In this document: piece after piece, positions 61,134-64,000 of the stretch
Numbering within the stretch: the first letter of the stretch is position 1
Layout of the letters: the number at the start of each line of letters is the position of its first letter
DNA from: Chrysomallon squamiferum
Lineage: Eukaryota > Animalia > Mollusca
DNA length: 64,000 nt
Reading direction: 5' to 3'
Assembly (NCBI GenBank): GCA_012295275.1
Contig: CM022677.1
Span: forward strand, 13,330,001-13,394,000
Translations under genes and position numbers: made by a program
Notes under the pieces: model-generated
What the model was told of the DNA's origin: nothing
The model's database searches: none
Seen by the model: only the letters and a program-made list of their open reading frames with translations

Positions 61134-61996
61134 TGTAATAAACCAGTTACAATTAATACATTATTAAATATTTTTCAATATTTTAGACTTCTCATAATAA
61201 AATCAAAGATATAACTATTACACCTATAATTAATTCTAATATTCTATGTGGAATATTACCTTAACCTGGCACCTTTCCACCTGATAATCCTATTTTAATG
61301 TTAATGTTTTCGTGGTTGGCGTCATAATGGCGTTGTTCTTAATGTCATAAAGATAAATTATGAGAGATTTGATTGTATCAATTAAAATTATTATTAAATG
61401 TTTTATGTTGCTGAGGATGGCAACATTTTAAGTAGGGAAGTGTGTAGAATGGACAAATAATAGCCATTGCTTCCTATTCTGTAAAGGTCAGATTATGTAA
61501 TGTGTTAAAGTAATTAGTGGGGAGTAAGTGCTAGCAAGCTAGATTAAGATGTCTGCCTCCTATTGGGAACTTTCATGTGACATGACCGCATATGGCAATT
61601 TCTGCCTGGAATTTTTCGGGGGACGTTCTCAGAGCAAAAGGTTGCACTTTGGCCTTGGACATTGCAGGACTTAAACTATTGCTAGTGAAGGTGGTGACAC
61701 CGGTATGTGTGTGTCTTGTATTCTTTTTTTACCTTTTTTTTTTTTTGTATTGGTTTGGTGTTTTTAGTTTGGAACTGTAGAATTTTTTTTATGATTTGTT
61801 TTTAATGAACCTGGTCAGTTTATCCTCCTTGGAGACGCCATTGTTACTATGTTGTAAATGTTAACATTGCTATATCAGGGATTACCTCGTATTAAAGCCC
61901 TTTAATTGGAAACCCCATCTTGTTTGTTTATTCCTTACTTAGCTAAGAGAACCGCTTGCTTCCAACCTCCGTTACATTTGGTGTCACAAGTGGGAC
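61134..61996 (+). mobile_element. Probable 5' LTR end plus primer-binding site of an LTR retrotransposon relic
   Basis: ...GTTACA (ends 61976) is followed after 2 nt by TGGTGTCACAAGTGGGAC (61979-61996), close to the common tRNA-Leu PBS TGGTGTCAGAAGTGGGAT. ATTAAA at ~61891. The LTR start is a guess. Confidence 0.6.
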
Positions 61997-63891
61997 TATA
62001 AGGCGGTTAGGATTAAACTGGTATTTAGAAATAGGTGAAAGTCAACCAATATCCTCACCTGACCAGGCCTACAGAAGATTTGATGTTGATGATTATGCTA
62101 GACTACATGTTGATGACACAAGATTCCTAACTGAAGAGAGATACCTGATGTACATGATTCCAAACTGATCCAAGAATATTTACCTTTTTTTTCACCCTTG
62201 AAGACTGAATGAAAACAGTAATAATAACATGTTTATTAGGATGTCAGCATTCACGTTAATATTAAGTTTAGAGGATGCTATAACTATTGGTAAACATTTC
62301 TTCAGGCCTACCTGTAGTTTAGATTGCGTAGCATATGCCATTGACTAATAGTTCATAAGCTAATAAGTTTTCTCAAGAGCACTTAGCAGGATATACATGA
62401 TAATTATGCGTAACAAAACCAGCAAACTGTAAAGAAGTCAGAGCTAGAGGAGAGGGTATTATTTTTCTTTAAAAATTGAGAAATACATTAATGTGCTTTT
62501 TTTTACGTGTTCATTATATATATATATCGATAATGTCCTTTTCTAAATTAATAACACTGCATTTTATTATTTGTTAAAAACAAAGAAAAAAGTTCAGCGA
62601 AAACAATGGTGCGATTTACACGTGAAATTTTACTACAGTTGATATGGGTAACTGTAAGTGATAACAACGATGATATTTACTCATACAGAAAACCCGAGTA
62701 TTGAGAAATACAGAGTGTACACCAGAATCTTGCTACATTTCAGTTCTAAAATGTGCTCCAGTTTTGTTTATTATCTTATAAGTGGATTTATGTCAGCATG
62801 GTCCAGCATGCTTAGGTAGTTATAAAGATTTGTTCGGTATCATTCGTCATTTTCCGGCTGCGAAGGCAGTTGCATGTAAAATTATTATTATGATACAGCT
62901 GAATGACAAAATTAGTATATTTTTATACTGTTCTTCGCCTCAGAAAATGTTTATAAAGGGTTGTCATTCATTTACTTATTTATTTATTGAAACTACTGTC
63001 GTAATCGAGACCTGTCTTCAACTCGCACCAGACCGTTTTACTCTTGAACGATGAACGATAAAAGAAAGAATAACGTTGTATAACAATAAATTTTCTTTTA
63101 TTAATAATATTATTATTTCTCTTCAAAACAGACATCACAGGAAGAAATCCTACTTTTAGAAACTTGGGTCATGGTGTAAGATTCTAATTATGTTTATGTA
63201 AATAATGTTCAGTTTCATAAACAATGGAAGTTTACTAAACATTTCTTTCTTTTTGTTTACAGTAAAGCTGGAGAAGTAAATATAATAATCCTACATCTCA
63301 GTTTGGAAATGTGTTACAGTTTTGTTTTGTTATCTTATAAATGGATTTAAAATCACCACGGTGTGTGTGTGAGTGTGTGTGAAATAAATATATTTTATTT
63401 CATTTTAATTTTAATTTTATTTTTTCATTTAACAGTGAAAAAACAATTATTTAAATAAAATACATATTTTGATGGATGTAAATAACTATTTTAAAAATGT
63501 TAATTGAATTAATAAATTAATAAACTAAAATGAAAGTTACTAGTGTAATAATATCTCCCATGCACATGCGCAGTCTATAAAGATTTACGTCAGCGGATTT
63601 AAATTCGGGTATAAATAAAACATCCAACGGTTTTACGTCAGTTGACATGCGAATGCCAATACTAGTAGGTCATATTTCTTTTTTTTTTTTTTTTTTTTTA
63701 AATTTATTTTTAGTCCAAAGTGAATTTTTTTTTTAAATTTATTATAATCAATAATAGCAGTTAACTGTATATTTAGTTAGTATTATTATCATTATAAATA
63801 ATTATTCTTCTATAAGAAGAGCAGTTACGAAATGAATTTGAATAAAATAACTTAACTTTCTTATTTTTATTTTATATTTATTTATTTATTC

Positions 63892-63931
<40 letters not shown>

Positions 63932-64000
63932 GTTATTATTATTATTATTGTTATTTTAATTTCAAACAAAAATAACTGGGGGTTTTAATTTCTAAAATCT

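Overview
This is AT-rich, microsatellite-rich eukaryotic DNA, probably from an invertebrate; the host cannot be identified from the sequence. About 3.4-34.7 kb is a head-to-tail array of six divergent endogenous parvovirus/densovirus-like genomes, all coded on the minus strand and separated by clusters of parvovirus-type terminal hairpins present in both flip and flop forms. Each full unit (~5.5-6 kb) reads, in transcription order: ITR, small acidic 121-aa ORF, ~708-aa capsid-like ORF without PLA2 (containing an overprinted ~75-aa ORF), internal CRE/TATA/Inr promoter, ~726-aa NS1 (HUH endonuclease + SF3 helicase), ITR. Capsid upstream of Rep on one strand is the reverse of the canonical monosense parvovirus layout. 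Unit 5 is a capsid-less NS1-only element with its own perfect 84-bp terminal inverted repeats. The outer units are the most decayed and the inner ones nearly intact, and hairpins of the outer lineage recur at inner junctions, suggesting repeated targeted integration into resident termini. The rest of the window is a decayed Ty3/Gypsy pol relic, other transposon debris, an LTR end with a tRNA primer-binding site, and simple repeats. I could not support any host protein-coding gene.
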